Position numbers and translations under genes: made by a program | Notes under the pieces: generated by a model | What the model was told of the DNA's origin: nothing | The model's input: only the letters and a program-made list of their open reading frames with translations | Database searches by the model: none | Shown: positions 25,745-38,400 of the stretch, one piece after another | Layout: the number at the start of each line of letters is the position of its first letter | Position numbering within the stretch: position 1 is the stretch's first letter | From: Azolla caroliniana | Lineage: Eukaryota > Plantae > Polypodiophyta | Direction: 5' to 3' | NCBI GenBank assembly: GCA_043228905.1 | Contig: JBHGNT010000004.1 | Span: 12,090,001-12,154,000 of the forward strand | DNA length: 64,000 nucleotides

Positions 25745-26207
25745 TAATACGTAGAATATTATTTTTATTTATATTTTATTATAGAAAATGGATGTATATT
25801 CCAGATTTCTCTGGAACATTCTAGAAACTTCGGGAGTATTCCTTAGAACACTATAAAAAGAGGCACGAGGCATTATTTCGAACCAAATCGGTTCAACGCT
25901 AGTCTTAAGCCTCCTAGCTACTACTGTACAGTCTCGTCACATAATATATATCTTTTCTTATCATCTCTCTCTCTCTCTCTCTCAATCTCTCTCTCCCTCC
26001 CTCTCACTCACTCTTTCCTTCTCTCGAGAGTTCTTCACCTCTCTTAGTACTAATACTTCTTTTAGTCCTAATTCCTTCTCTGTCTTAGAACTGTTCTTGA
26101 TAGTTTGAACCAATTTTCCGGTTTGTTGGTCGATCTTCCTTTCCTCCTCTTCCTTTCCTCCTTTTCCTTTTATTTTCTTATTAATCCTCTTATCCTCCCT
26201 AGTAAAA

Positions 26208-27205
26208 TGGAAACTGTTAGCGCTCAGGAATACCAATTTGTTTTCTTGGATCTCCAATGCTTAAAAGAGAAATTTGTAGCACTAGAACAAGAAAATCATC
26301 ACTTGTTGGGGGATCTTCAACAAATAGCGTTGGAAAAACAACAACAACATGGGGAGCTGACACTACGTGTACAACAACTCGAAGCGACTATCATATCATT
26401 ACAACAACAAGGATCAAGCACTCAAGGGATTCACAAAGAACCCAAGATTGGTCTTCTTGCAAAATTTGATGGGACCCGATCACAGTTTAGAGGGTTTTTG
26501 AATCAGGTACGTTTAGTGATACAAATGCATCCTTCTCGATATCCCACCGATGCATCACGAGTGGGACTAGTAGGCACTCTCCTTAGTGGCTCAGCGTTAG
26601 CATGGTTTGCTCCATTGTTGGAAAAGGATTCTCCATTATTAAACAGTTTTGAAGAATTTATAAGTGAGTTTAAGGCTTTTTTTGGAGATACTGACAGCAT
26701 AAGGACTGCACTCAACAAAATCCGGCGATTACACCAAGTTGATCGTCCAGCTTCCACATACGCTGCAGATTTCTGCCTACTCGCTGCCGATATCCCTTGG
26801 GATGATCACGCATTGATGGAGCAATTCCGTTATGGCTTACGCAACGATGTCAAGGATTTACTCTTGACCTTCCCCGAAGAGCCAAAGTCATTAACAGAAG
26901 CAATTAGTCGCGCGATGAGATGCGACAACCGCCTCTTCGAACGACGTTCAGAACGACAATTCCAGATCCCGAGAGCAAGATCAGAGCCTACCTATGCCTC
27001 AGTGGTAGTGAAACCTTTTCTGAGGGAGTCATATAATGCGCCTCCAACAAGTACTCCAACTCCGATGGAAATTGACACCACACGTCGTCGTGGACCGCTA
27101 TCGGAAGAAGAAAAGCAACGACGCCAAGCAAACCGACTATGTCTTTATTGCGGTGGACCAGGGCATATCGCGGTAACTGTCCCCATAGGCCAAGAAGGCA
27201 GGTAA
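26208..27205 (+). CDS. Gypsy gag (retrotransposon gag/PEG10-like with CLYCGGPGH knuckle), frameshifted at the end of the first copy
   Basis: Coiled-coil N-terminus, KFDGTRSQFRGF, LLSGSALAWF, QFRYGLRNDVKD, PMEID and CLYCGGPGH. Confidence 0.85.
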
Positions 27206-28078
27206 ACCAAATAGTTGCTAGTTCTGATTGTACTAAACCCGAGTCTATTTAAGTAGGGAAATCTGATAGTCCTAATAGTACTAATAGCCCAAATCTAGCG
27301 CGATGAGATGCGACAACCGCCTCTTCGAACGACGTTCAGAACGACAATTCCAGATCCCGAGGGCAAGATCAGAGCCTACCTATGACTCAGTGGTAGTGAA
27401 ACCTTTTCTGAGGGAGTCATATAATGCGCCTCCAACAAGTACTCCAACTACGATGGAAATTGACACCACACGTCGTCGTGGACCGCTATCGGAAGAAGAA
27501 AAGCAACGACGCCAAGCAAACCGACTATGTCTTTATTGCGGTGGACCAGGGCATATCGCGGTAAACTGTCCCCATAGGCCAAGAAGGCAGGTAAACCAAA
27601 TAGTTGCTAGTTCTGATTGTACTAAACCCGAGTCTATTTAAGTAGGGAAATCTGATAGTCCTAATAGTACTAATAGCCCAAATCTAGCGCGATGAGATGC
27701 GACAACCGCCTCTTCGAACGACGTTCAGAACGACAATTCCAGATCCCGAGGGCAAGATCAGAGCCTACCTATGCCTCAGTGGTAGTGAAACCTTTTCTGA
27801 GGGAGTCATATAATGCGCCTCCAACAAGTACTCCAACTACGATGGAAATTGACACCACACGTCGTCGTGGACCGCTATCGGAAGAAGAAAAGCAACGACG
27901 CCAAGCAAACCGACTATGTCTTTATTGCGGTGGACCAGGGCATATCGCGGTAAACTGTCCCCATAGGCCAAGAAGGCAGGTAAACCAAATAGTTGCTAGT
28001 TCTGATTGTACTAAACCCGAGTCTATTTAAGTAGGGAAATCTGATAGTCCTAATAGTACTAATAGCCCAAATCTAGCG
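26908..28078 (+). repeat. Three tandem copies of a 388-389 bp gag C-terminal segment
   Basis: ATGAGATGCGACAACC at 26915, 27303 and 27692, giving near-identical 112-aa ORFs. Confidence 0.95.
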
Positions 28079-28148
28079 AACAAATTTGATGTCCTTAGTC
28101 AGTTAGAAGAAGAGTTAAACAACTAAGTCCAGCCAAAATAGGAGCCGT

Positions 28149-31100
28149 TTGGTTGGACACCCTAGATCTGTGCAGCCCATTAGTGGTTCCATTCCCTCTA
28201 AGCAAGTTAGCAATGTGGTCGTAGCCCAAGTAACAGTTAGTACTAAAAGTACTCCTCCAGTACATGTCTTAGCACTTCTAGATTCTGGAGCTAATTCTTG
28301 CTTCATGGATAGGAAATTTTCCCAAGCTCATCAGATATCTCTCAGAAAACTCCCGTGTCTTGCCCTTGTAGTAGTCGTCGATGGTCGTCCCATTGCCTCA
28401 GGAAATATCATAGAAGAATCAGAGCCCGTTAATATTGTCCTAGATAATCTAGCATGTGTCATATCATTTAATATAATTAGCATCCCAGAACACCCCATTG
28501 TCTTAGGATTACCATGGTTCAAATTACATAACCAAGACATAGATTGGCGGACAAGAGAAATCCGGCATTGAAAAGCCCGAGGGTCTACTCATGAGATTGC
28601 AACGATTTCACTACATCAGTTGCGTGAGGAAGGATGCAAGGAAGAAATGTTCCTCTTCGCAATATCAGTAAAACCCTCCAACACCACTAAAGAGGAATCC
28701 ATCGTTCAACTTCTAGAGAAGTATCGTCAGTATGCCGATGTGTTTGATAAAGTACAAGCCAATACGCTTCCTCACCATCGCGAATATGATTGCCCCATCG
28801 ATTTACAACCGGGGAAAGAGCCACCATGGGGACCGATCTACAATCTGTCACCAACCGAACTGGAAGTCCTTCGGGCCTATATAGAGGAGAATTTGGAGAA
28901 TGGTTTCATACGACATTCGAAATCTCCAGCCGGCACACCCATTATCTTCGTCAAAAAAAAGGATGGATCACTTCGGCTCGTTGTAGATTATCGTGGCTTG
29001 AATAAGGTTACAATCCGAAATAGGTATGCACTCTCCCTTATCTTAAGTCTTTTAGAACGGATCAATGGTGCCAGGTTCTTCACGAAGATTGACTTACGGG
29101 GAGCCTATAACCTCGTACGGATCCAACCAGGAGATGAATGGAAGACCGCGTTCCGCACCAGATATGGGCACTTCGAGTATACGGTCATGCCATTCGGCCT
29201 CACTAATGCGCCAACAGTCTTCCAACACATGGCAAATGATATTTTACGAGATCTCTTGGATGTGTGTCTAATCATCTATTTGGATGATCTACTGGTTTAC
29301 TCGAAGACCCAAGAAGAGCATGATTCTCATGTACTGTTAGTACTAAAACGACTTCGAGAACATGGTCTTTATGCAAAGCTGGAAAAATGTAGTTTCGGGT
29401 GCAACCAGGTGGAATTTCTCGGCTGTCATTTCCTCAGAAGGCATCTCCATGGACCCAGCTAAGGTCAAAACGGTGGTAGAATGGCAGACTCCGCGTTCGG
29501 TGCGGGATGTGCAATGCTTTCTAGGCTTTGCCAATTTTTACCGGAAGTTTAAAAAGGATTACTCAAAGCTCGGTTTGCCTCTTACACAACTTACTAGGAA
29601 GGGACAATCGTTCGTTTGGTTTGAAGAAGCGGACATGGTTTTTGAGAATCTTAAACAGGCATTTACATCGGCTCCGATTCTAGCTCACGTTGATCCAGAA
29701 AAACCATTCATCATCGAAGTGGACGCATCGGATTTTGCATTGGGAAGCATTCTATCACAACGACGTAATGATGAAAAGCTACATCCTGTGGCTTTTCACT
29801 CACGCAAGTTTGACGCCGCCGAAATCAACTACGAAATTCATGATAAAGAGCTATTGGCTATAGTGGACTCTTTTATGCAATGGAGGCATTTTCTAGAGGG
29901 ATCTTCTCATCAAGTCACTGTATTCAGTGACCACAAAAACCTCGCCTATTTTCAAGACGCTCGTGTGTTAAATCGACATCAAGCTCGGTGGGCCCATTTT
30001 CTCACGTGTTTCGACTTCAAGATTACATATCGACCTGGGAAGCATCAAGGGAAAGCAAATGCATTATCACGGCGTTCGCACCTAGCACTGCATCCCGGCG
30101 AGCCAGCTTTTGATAACCAAAAGCAAGTAATCTTGGGACCGGCACGACTGCAAGCAACACAGGTCTTTGGCATGCCCATGGATTCCCACGTTATCGATAT
30201 CATATGTGCGGACCTGATGACAGATGCTTTCGCCCAAGCTATACTAGCACAAATTGATCCCTCTCGAGCGTCGTGTTCACAGTCGCAACCACTAGGTACG
30301 GACTACCGGCAATTCAAATACCATGATGGATTACTCTTCTTTAAAGAACTTTTGTATGTACCTAATGGTTCTTGCCTCCTTCAAGTAGTACAAAACTGTC
30401 ATGACACATATACAGCTGGGCATTTTCGTAGTACTAAAACATCAGATTTAGTACAACGATCATTCTGGTGGCCCCGTATGCGACAATTTGTCGAAGATTT
30501 TGTTCGGACTTGTGACACATGCTGCAGAGCAAAAATGCCAAGGCATCATCCATATGGTTTATTAGAACCATTACCAATTCCAAGCAAGCCGTGGCAATCC
30601 ATTGCTCTAGACTTCATCACAGATCTTCCAGTCTCTAAGGGGTTCAATGCGATTCTAACAGTGGTAGATCGATATACGAAGATGGCTCATTTTTTGCCAT
30701 GTACTAAGGAAATCTCTAGTGAAGACACCGCCGAAATTGTCATGCGTGAAGTATGTCGGCATCATGGACTTCCTGATAGTATCATCAGCGACCGTGGACC
30801 CCAGTTTGTGTCAAAATTCTGGAAGCACCTTTTTTAAATGCTCAAGGTCACTTGTAACCTCTCCTCCGGCTACCACCCACAAACCGACGGCCAAGCCGAA
30901 TGAACAAATCAAACGTTGGAGCAGTACTTGTGGTGCTTTCTCAGCTATCATCAGGATGACTGGGCAGATATTCTCCACTTCGCCGAATTTGCCTATAATA
31001 ACTCTATCCACGCATCGACTAAAGTTATGCCATTTTATGCTTATACGGGATGTCACCCCCGGTGGTGTGTACTTGAAACCCCAGAGGTGTCCACAAATCC

Positions 31101-31707
31101 TTGCGAGGAGGATCGTTTGGAGCGGTTACGCAAGATACAAGCGGATTTATCCACTCATCTCCAACAAGCTCAGCAAACACACAAGGTTTATGCGGATCGT
31201 CATTGACTCCCATCCAGTTTTAACATTGGAGATCGGGTATGGTTACTCCAACGACACATCAAGACTACTCGCCCATGCGAGAAGTTGGATTATCGGCGAT
31301 TAGGTCCTTTCCATATTATAGGAAAGATTAATGATGTCGCTTTTAGTCTCGATCTACCTCCACAACTTCGGATACATTTGGTGTTTCATAGTTCTCTCCT
31401 TGAACCCTATCAAGAGAGCACCATCGCAGGACGTATTACACAGCCTCCACCCCTGATCAAGCTTGAAGATGGACCTGAGTACGAGGTTGCCGCCATCCTT
31501 GATTCCAAGATTGTTCGCAACAAGCTCTACTATCTAGTCGATTGGCTAGGATATAGTCCTAGTGAACGTACTTGGGAACCGATAGAGAATGTCACCAATG
31601 CTCGTGCTCTTCTTGAAGACTTCCATCGTCAATATCCAGACAAATCGGGTCCTCAATCAAAAACGACTCGTTACAATCGTCGTTTTAAAGGGGGGATAGT
31701 GTCATGA
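28149..31707 (+). pseudogene. Gypsy pol (protease, RT, RNase H, integrase, C-terminal chromodomain), disrupted
   Basis: ALLDSGA, YLDDLL, EVDASD, H-H-C-C/SDRGPQF integrase, and the chromodomain YEVAAILDSKIVRNKLYYLVDWLGYSPSERTWEP. Confidence 0.93.
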
Positions 31708-34700
31708 TATGGCAAGACTCGAACCCATGACCTTATGCTACATGGGCCGAGCTCTTGACCATTAGACCATACATTGTAATACGTAGAATATTATTTTCAT
31801 GTACGTTTTATTATAGAAAATTGATGTATATTCCAGATTTCTCTAGGACATTCTAGAAACTTCAGGACTATTCCTTAGAACACTATAAAAAGAGGCACGA
31901 GGCATTATTTCGAACCAAATCGGTTCAACGCCAGTCTTAAGCCTCCTAGCTACTATTGTACATTCTCTTCACATAATATATATCTTTTCTTATCATCTCT
32001 CTCTCTCTCTCTCTCTCTCGATCTCTCTCTCCCTCCCTCTCCCTCACTCTTTCCTTCTCTCGAGAGTTCTTCACCTCTCTTAGTATTAATACTTCTTTTA
32101 GTACTAATTCCTTCTCTGTCTTAGTACTATTCCAGACACTAGCAAGGGTAAAATCAAGCTTGCTAGATGAAGAAGCTTGCCGGAAGGACCAGGAGTCTGG
32201 AACCGATCCGAAGGCCTTGGTCACAGAAGATGAACACAACCGGGGAAGAGGCCGGTATCGGAGTTCACAAAACCAGGACAAGTCGGGGACAAGGTCGAAG
32301 TCAAGGGGGAGGCCTAATTGCTTCTATTGTGGAAAACCAGGGAACTTCCAGAAGAATTCTCAGCATTTCCGAAAAGAGAAAGAAACCGTCACCACCGATT
32401 CGAAGAAGAGTTCGAACTGAAATGGTTCAGACCGGAGAGGCTCGGATCAGAAAGGAACGTCGGCGATCATGACAAGTGAAGAGGAATTGATGCTCATTAA
32501 CAAGGAGAATGAGTTGAACCTAGTCAGCGACGAGACAACGTGAGTTGTCGATTCCGGAGCGTCGTTCCACCTAACACCAGACCGAAGATGCTTCTCATCC
32601 TACACAGCCGGAGATCATGGTTGTGTCCAGATGGGGAATGAAGGTACATGTCAAATTGTCAGCATAGGAGATGTGTTCTTGAAGACATCAACCGGATGCA
32701 AGTTGTTGCTGGACGATGTCTGACACGTTCCGGAGGTTCGACTAAACCTGATATCAGTCGGTCGGCTAGATGATGAAGCCTACACGGGTAGCATCCGGAA
32801 CTGAATCATGAAGTTCTCCAAAGGGAGCCTAATAGTGGCTCGAGCCCGGAAGTTCAACACATTGTACTTGATGAATGCCCGGATATGCTGGGAAGATGTG
32901 AATGTAGCATCTGACACAACCGGTGAGTTGTGGCACAAAAGACTATGTCACATGAGTGAGAAGGAGATGAACAAGCTTGCTGAAGACAACCTCATTCCGG
33001 TGAAGGACGTGCAACTTGAGAAGTGCACCGATTGCTTGGCCGGCAAGCAAACCCGAACCTCCTTCTGGTCAAGACCACCGATGAGACGGAATGCACCACT
33101 TGAGGTGGTGCATACAATTGTGTGTCAAGTGGACACAAAGTCACATGGTGGATCATAGTACTTCGTGACGTTCATAGATGACCACAGCCGGAAGTTGTTG
33201 GTCTCACCACTAAAGACAAAGGATCAGGTGTTATCCTTCTTCAAGGAGCTCCACGCGAGAGTGGAAAGGGAAACTGAAGGCTGTTCGAGCAGATAACTAA
33301 GGAGAATACCGGGGGCAGTTCAAGGAGTACTGATGGTCGAAGGGAATCCGACTCGAATTTACCGTGCCGAAGACGCCGGAATTGAACGGGCTGCCCGAAA
33401 GGATGAACCGGAACATAATGGAGAGAGTCCGGAGCATGCTCACACATTCTAACTTGCCCAAGACGTTTTGGGTTGAGGTGCTGATGACGGCGACCTATGT
33501 GATAAACAAATCACCCTCAGTACCCTTGGGAGGAGACTCACCTCAGAAAGTATGGACCGGTAAAGATGTGTGTTATCGGCATCTGAAGGTGTTCGGGTGT
33601 CTCGCATACATGCATGTGGTGAAGGACAAGAGACAAACGTTGGATCCAAAGTCCAGGCCATGCATATTCCTTGGATACGGCGATGATGAGTTCGGTTACC
33701 GGGTGTGGGATTTGGTCAACAAGAAGGTGTTCCGTAGTCGGAACATAGTCTTCATGGAAGACATGACCATTGCCGACTGGAAGTTAGAGAAGAAGATGAT
33801 CAACTCTGGATCACCCAATGAAAACTAGTTTGAGGACACAAGGACCTACCCAGTTGAAAACCGGATGTTGGCCGGTAACCGGGTGACACTCGACGAACTG
33901 GCCGGATATGGACAGGAAACCGAGCCGACCAAAGAAGAAGAAGAAGAAGACACCGAAACCGGACAAGATCTCGAATCGGATTCAGATTCACAACAAACGG
34001 AGGAACCGGTAGTAAGAAGCCAAGGACAGAGATATCCTCTCTGAGAGAAAGAGCCCCTAGGGGATTTCCAGATGCAGAGCATGTGTTGCTAACTGATGAG
34101 GGGGAGCCGGAAAGCTTCGAAGAAGCAAAGAGAGATACCCACTGCCACAAGTGGTTGAGTGCCATGTAGGACGAGAACCACACATACGAACTGATGGAGT
34201 TGCCGAAAGGGAAGAGAGCACTTTGGAACAAGTGGGTGTACAAGCTTAAACTAGGAGATGTTGTAAATCCACCAAGGTAGAAAGCCCGGATCGTGGAGAA
34301 GGGCTTCCAGCAGAAGAAAGGATTGGACTTCGATGAGGTCTTTCCCTCGGCAGTAAAGATGACATCTATGTGGATGGCATTGGGCATAACTGCAATCATG
34401 GACCTCGAGGTAGAGCAACTGGACGTCAAGATGGCAATCCTCCATGGTGACCTCGAAGAGGAGATCTACATGCATCAACCGGAAGGATTTGAGAAGAAAG
34501 GGAAGGATCACTTGGTGTGTCGGCTGAAGAAGAGCCTATAAGGATTGAAGCAAGCTCCCCGGCAATGGTACCGGAAGTTTGACTCATTCATGACCGACCA
34601 AGGGTACTAGAAGATGCAAACCGATCACTGCGTGTTTGTGAAGAAATTTTACGGAGTTGATTTCCTGATACTCCTCCTATATGTGGATGATATGATGATC

Positions 34701-35489
34701 GTCGGACGAGACCAAGGCAAGATTTGGATGCTAAAGAAGGCTCTGAACCGAACCTTCTCAATGAAAGACTTGGGTTCAGCAAGACAAATATTGGGAATGC
34801 ACATCATCCGGGACCGGTCGAAGAAGTTGTTGTGGTTGTCACAGGAGAAGTACATGACAAAGGTGCTTCAACGGTTCAACATGTCGGAGGCGAAGAGGGT
34901 CGGATCGACACTTCCGGCAAACTGCAAGCTGTCCGGAAAACAAAGCCCGAGGACAAAGGTTGAGTAGACGGATATGATGAAGATTCCATATTCCTCTGCC
35001 ATCGGAAACTTGATGTACGTGATGGTATGTACCCGACCGGATATCGGATATGCAGTCACAGTGGTAAGCTGGTTCATGAGCAATCTCGGAAGAGAGAACT
35101 GGAACCTGGTCAAGTGGATACTCCGGTACTTGAAAGGCACCACGAGTATGTGCCTCCGGTTAGGCTTCGGTAATCCCCAACTTGACCGATTCACGGATTC
35201 GGATATGTTGATTGATGTGGATACCAGCTGGTGTACATCCGGATATGTCATGAATTATGCAATGGGAGTTGTTTCGTGACAGTCGAGGCTGTAGTAGACG
35301 GTTGCGTTGTCAACCATGGAGGTGGAGTACATGGCAGTTGTAGAAGCAAGCAAGGAGATAATCTGGATGAAGGACTTCATCGGAGAGCTAGGAATTGAAT
35401 AGGACGAATACCGACTATACTGCGACAATCAAAGTGCCATCCACCTTACAAGGAATGCGGCCTACCATTCCCGGACGAAACATATCTAG

Positions 35490-38400
35490 TGTCATGATAT
35501 GGCAAGACTCGAACCCATGACCTTATGCTACATGGGTTGAGCTCTTACCATTAGACTATGAATTGTAATTTGTAGGATATTATTTTCATTTATGCTTTAT
35601 CATAGAAAATTGATGTATATTCCAGATCTCTCTGGAACATTCTAGAAGCTTCAGGATTATTCCTCAAAACACTATAAAAGGAGGCACAAGGCATTGTTTT
35701 GAACCAAATTGGTCCAACACTAGTCTTCAGCCTCTTAGCCGATTTGTACTTATCTTTCATATAATATAAGAGTTGTTGTCATCATCCTTTCTCTCTCTCT
35801 CCTCTTCTCACTTCCTCTCTCTCAGGAATCTTACGCAGTCCCGTCCTCTTAGTACTAATAGTACTACTCTTCTTAGTACTAATTCCATCTCTGCTTTAGT
35901 ACTATTCCTGACAGTTTGAACCAATTTTCCTCTTTCCTCTAGCCTACTTGTCGTTCTCCCTCATCCTCCAACCCTTTTCCCTCTACTATGGCTACTGTTA
36001 GCCCCCAAGAATATCAATCCGTTTTCTCCGAGTTACAGTGCCTAAAAGAAAAGTTTGTTGCCCTGGAACAAGAAAACCAACTGCTCATAGGGGATCTGCA
36101 ACAAATCGCTCTAGAAAAGCAACAAACGCAGCAACAGCATGGGGAGTTAGCGTTACGGGTGCAACAACTCGAAGCGGCATTGCAACAACAAGGCTCAAGT
36201 CCCCAAGGATTTCATAAAGAGCCGAAGATTGGACTTCCTGTGAAATTTGATTGAACGCGATCGCAATTCAGGGAATTCCTTAATCAGGTATGATTAGTCC
36301 TCCAAATGCATCCTTCCCGATACCCCACTGATGCATCCCGAGTCGGCTTCATGGGCACGTTGCTTAGCGGCTCAACCTTAGCATGGTTCGCTCCGCTTCT
36401 AGAAAAACAATCGCCATTGCTTAATAACTTTGAAGATTTTATTAGTGAGTTCAAAGCCTGCTTTGGAGACACCGACAACATCAGGACGGCGATCAACAAG
36501 ATCCGGCGATTGCGTCAAGGCGATCATCCAGCCTCTGCCTATGCGGCGGATTTCCGCCTACTCGCTTCCGATATACCCTGGTATGATCAAGCACTAATGG
36601 AGCAATTTCGCTATGGCCTGCGAAATGATGTCAAAGATCTACTTCTAACCTTCCCCGAAGAACCAAAGTCTCTTACGGAGGCATCAGTCGAGCGGTCCGA
36701 TGTGACAACCGCCTCTTCGAACGGCGTTCGGAACGTCAATTACAGATACCACGCACTAGGCCGGAGCCCACTTACGCCGCAGTCGCGGCTAGACCGTTTG
36801 CACGAGACATACCTCAAGCAAATACTTCGACACCGATGGAGATTGATACCATGCGTCGACGATGCCCGTTATCGGAAGAAGAAAAGCAACGACGACGTGC
36901 AAATCGATTATGTTTTTATCGCAGTGGACCAGGGCATATCGCAATCAATTGTCCCCATAGGCCAAGAAGACAGGTAAATCAAATTGTAGCCTGTACTAAA
37001 CCTGAGTCAATTCTTCCCTTAGGAGTGTCTGATAGTATTAATAGTACTAATAGAGTGTTTGATAGTATTCATAGTACTAATAGCCCAAGTATCTCAAATA
37101 AATTTGAAATCCTTAGTCAATTAGATGAAGAGTTAAACGATTGAGTCCAGCCAAAATAGGAGCCGTTTGGTTGGACAACAGCCCTAGATCTGTACAGCCC
37201 ATTAGTGGTTCCATTACTTCCAAGCAAGTTAGCAATGTGTTCCTAGCCCAAGTCATTGTTAGTACTAAAAGTACTCCCCCAATACCCGTCCTAGCACTTT
37301 TAGATTCCGGAGCTAATTCCTGTTTCGTGGATCGAAATTTTGCCCAAGCTTCTCAGATATCCTTAAGAAAACTTCCTTGTCCCGCATCTGTAGTAGTCAT
37401 TGATGGTCATCCCATTGCTTCCGGGAATATTGTAGAAGAATCAGAACCCATTCAAGTTGTCCTAGGTAATTTTGTGTGTGTAATATCATTTAATATAATT
37501 AGTAGTCCAGAGCATCCCATTGTCCTAGGATTACCTTGGTTTGAATTACATAATCCAGCCATAGATTGGAGAACAAGAGAAGTCTGATATCGACCACCCC
37601 AAGAATCAACTCACTAAGTTTCGACCATTTCACTCCATCAACTATGCGAAGAAGGACCCAAGGAGGCAATGTTCCTATTTGCAATATCAATACATCCTTC
37701 CAGCACTATTAAGAAGGACTCCTCAGTACAACTTCCAACAAAATATCATCCTTATGCCGATGCATTTGACAAGGTAAAAGTCGGTACCCTTCCTCATCAC
37801 CGTCCCTATGACTGTCCCATCGATTTACAACCAGGAACTGAGCCACCATGGGGACCAATTTACAACTTGTCACCCACCGAGTTAGAAGTCCTTCGAGCCT
37901 ACATAGAGGAGAACTTGGCAAGCGGGTTCATCCGCCATTCGAAATCTCCGGCCGGTGCACCTGTCTTCTTTGTCAAGAAGAAAGATGGCTCACTTCGTCT
38001 TGCCGTTGATTACCGCGGATTGAATAAACTCACCATCCGGAATAGGTATGCACTTCCTCTTATATCAAGTCTTTTAGAGCGAGTTAATGGTGCCAAGTTT
38101 TTTACTAAAATCGACCTACGAGGAGCGTATAACCTCGTGCGGATCTGACCTGGAGATGAGTGGAAGACCGCCTTTCGCACGCGGTATGGGCATTTCGAGT
38201 ATACTGTTATGCCGTTTGGCCTAACCAATGCACCCGCAGTCTTCCAACACATGGCAAATGATATATTCAGAGATCTCTTGGATATCTGTTTGATCATTTA
38301 TCTGGATGATCTATTGATTTATTCGAAGACCCAGGAAGAGCATGATTCTCATGTACTATTAGTACTAAAGCGACTCCGCGAGAATGGTCTTTATGCCAAG

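Larger units (their letters stand above)
25668..32138 (+). mobile_element. Ty3/gypsy chromovirus (Tf1/sushi/Tcn1-like): LTRs 25668-26102 and 31700-32138, PPT 31687-31699, TSD CTAGC
   Basis: CTAGC at 25663-25667 and 32139-32143. Domain order gag-PR-RT-RH-IN-chromo. Confidence 0.95.
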
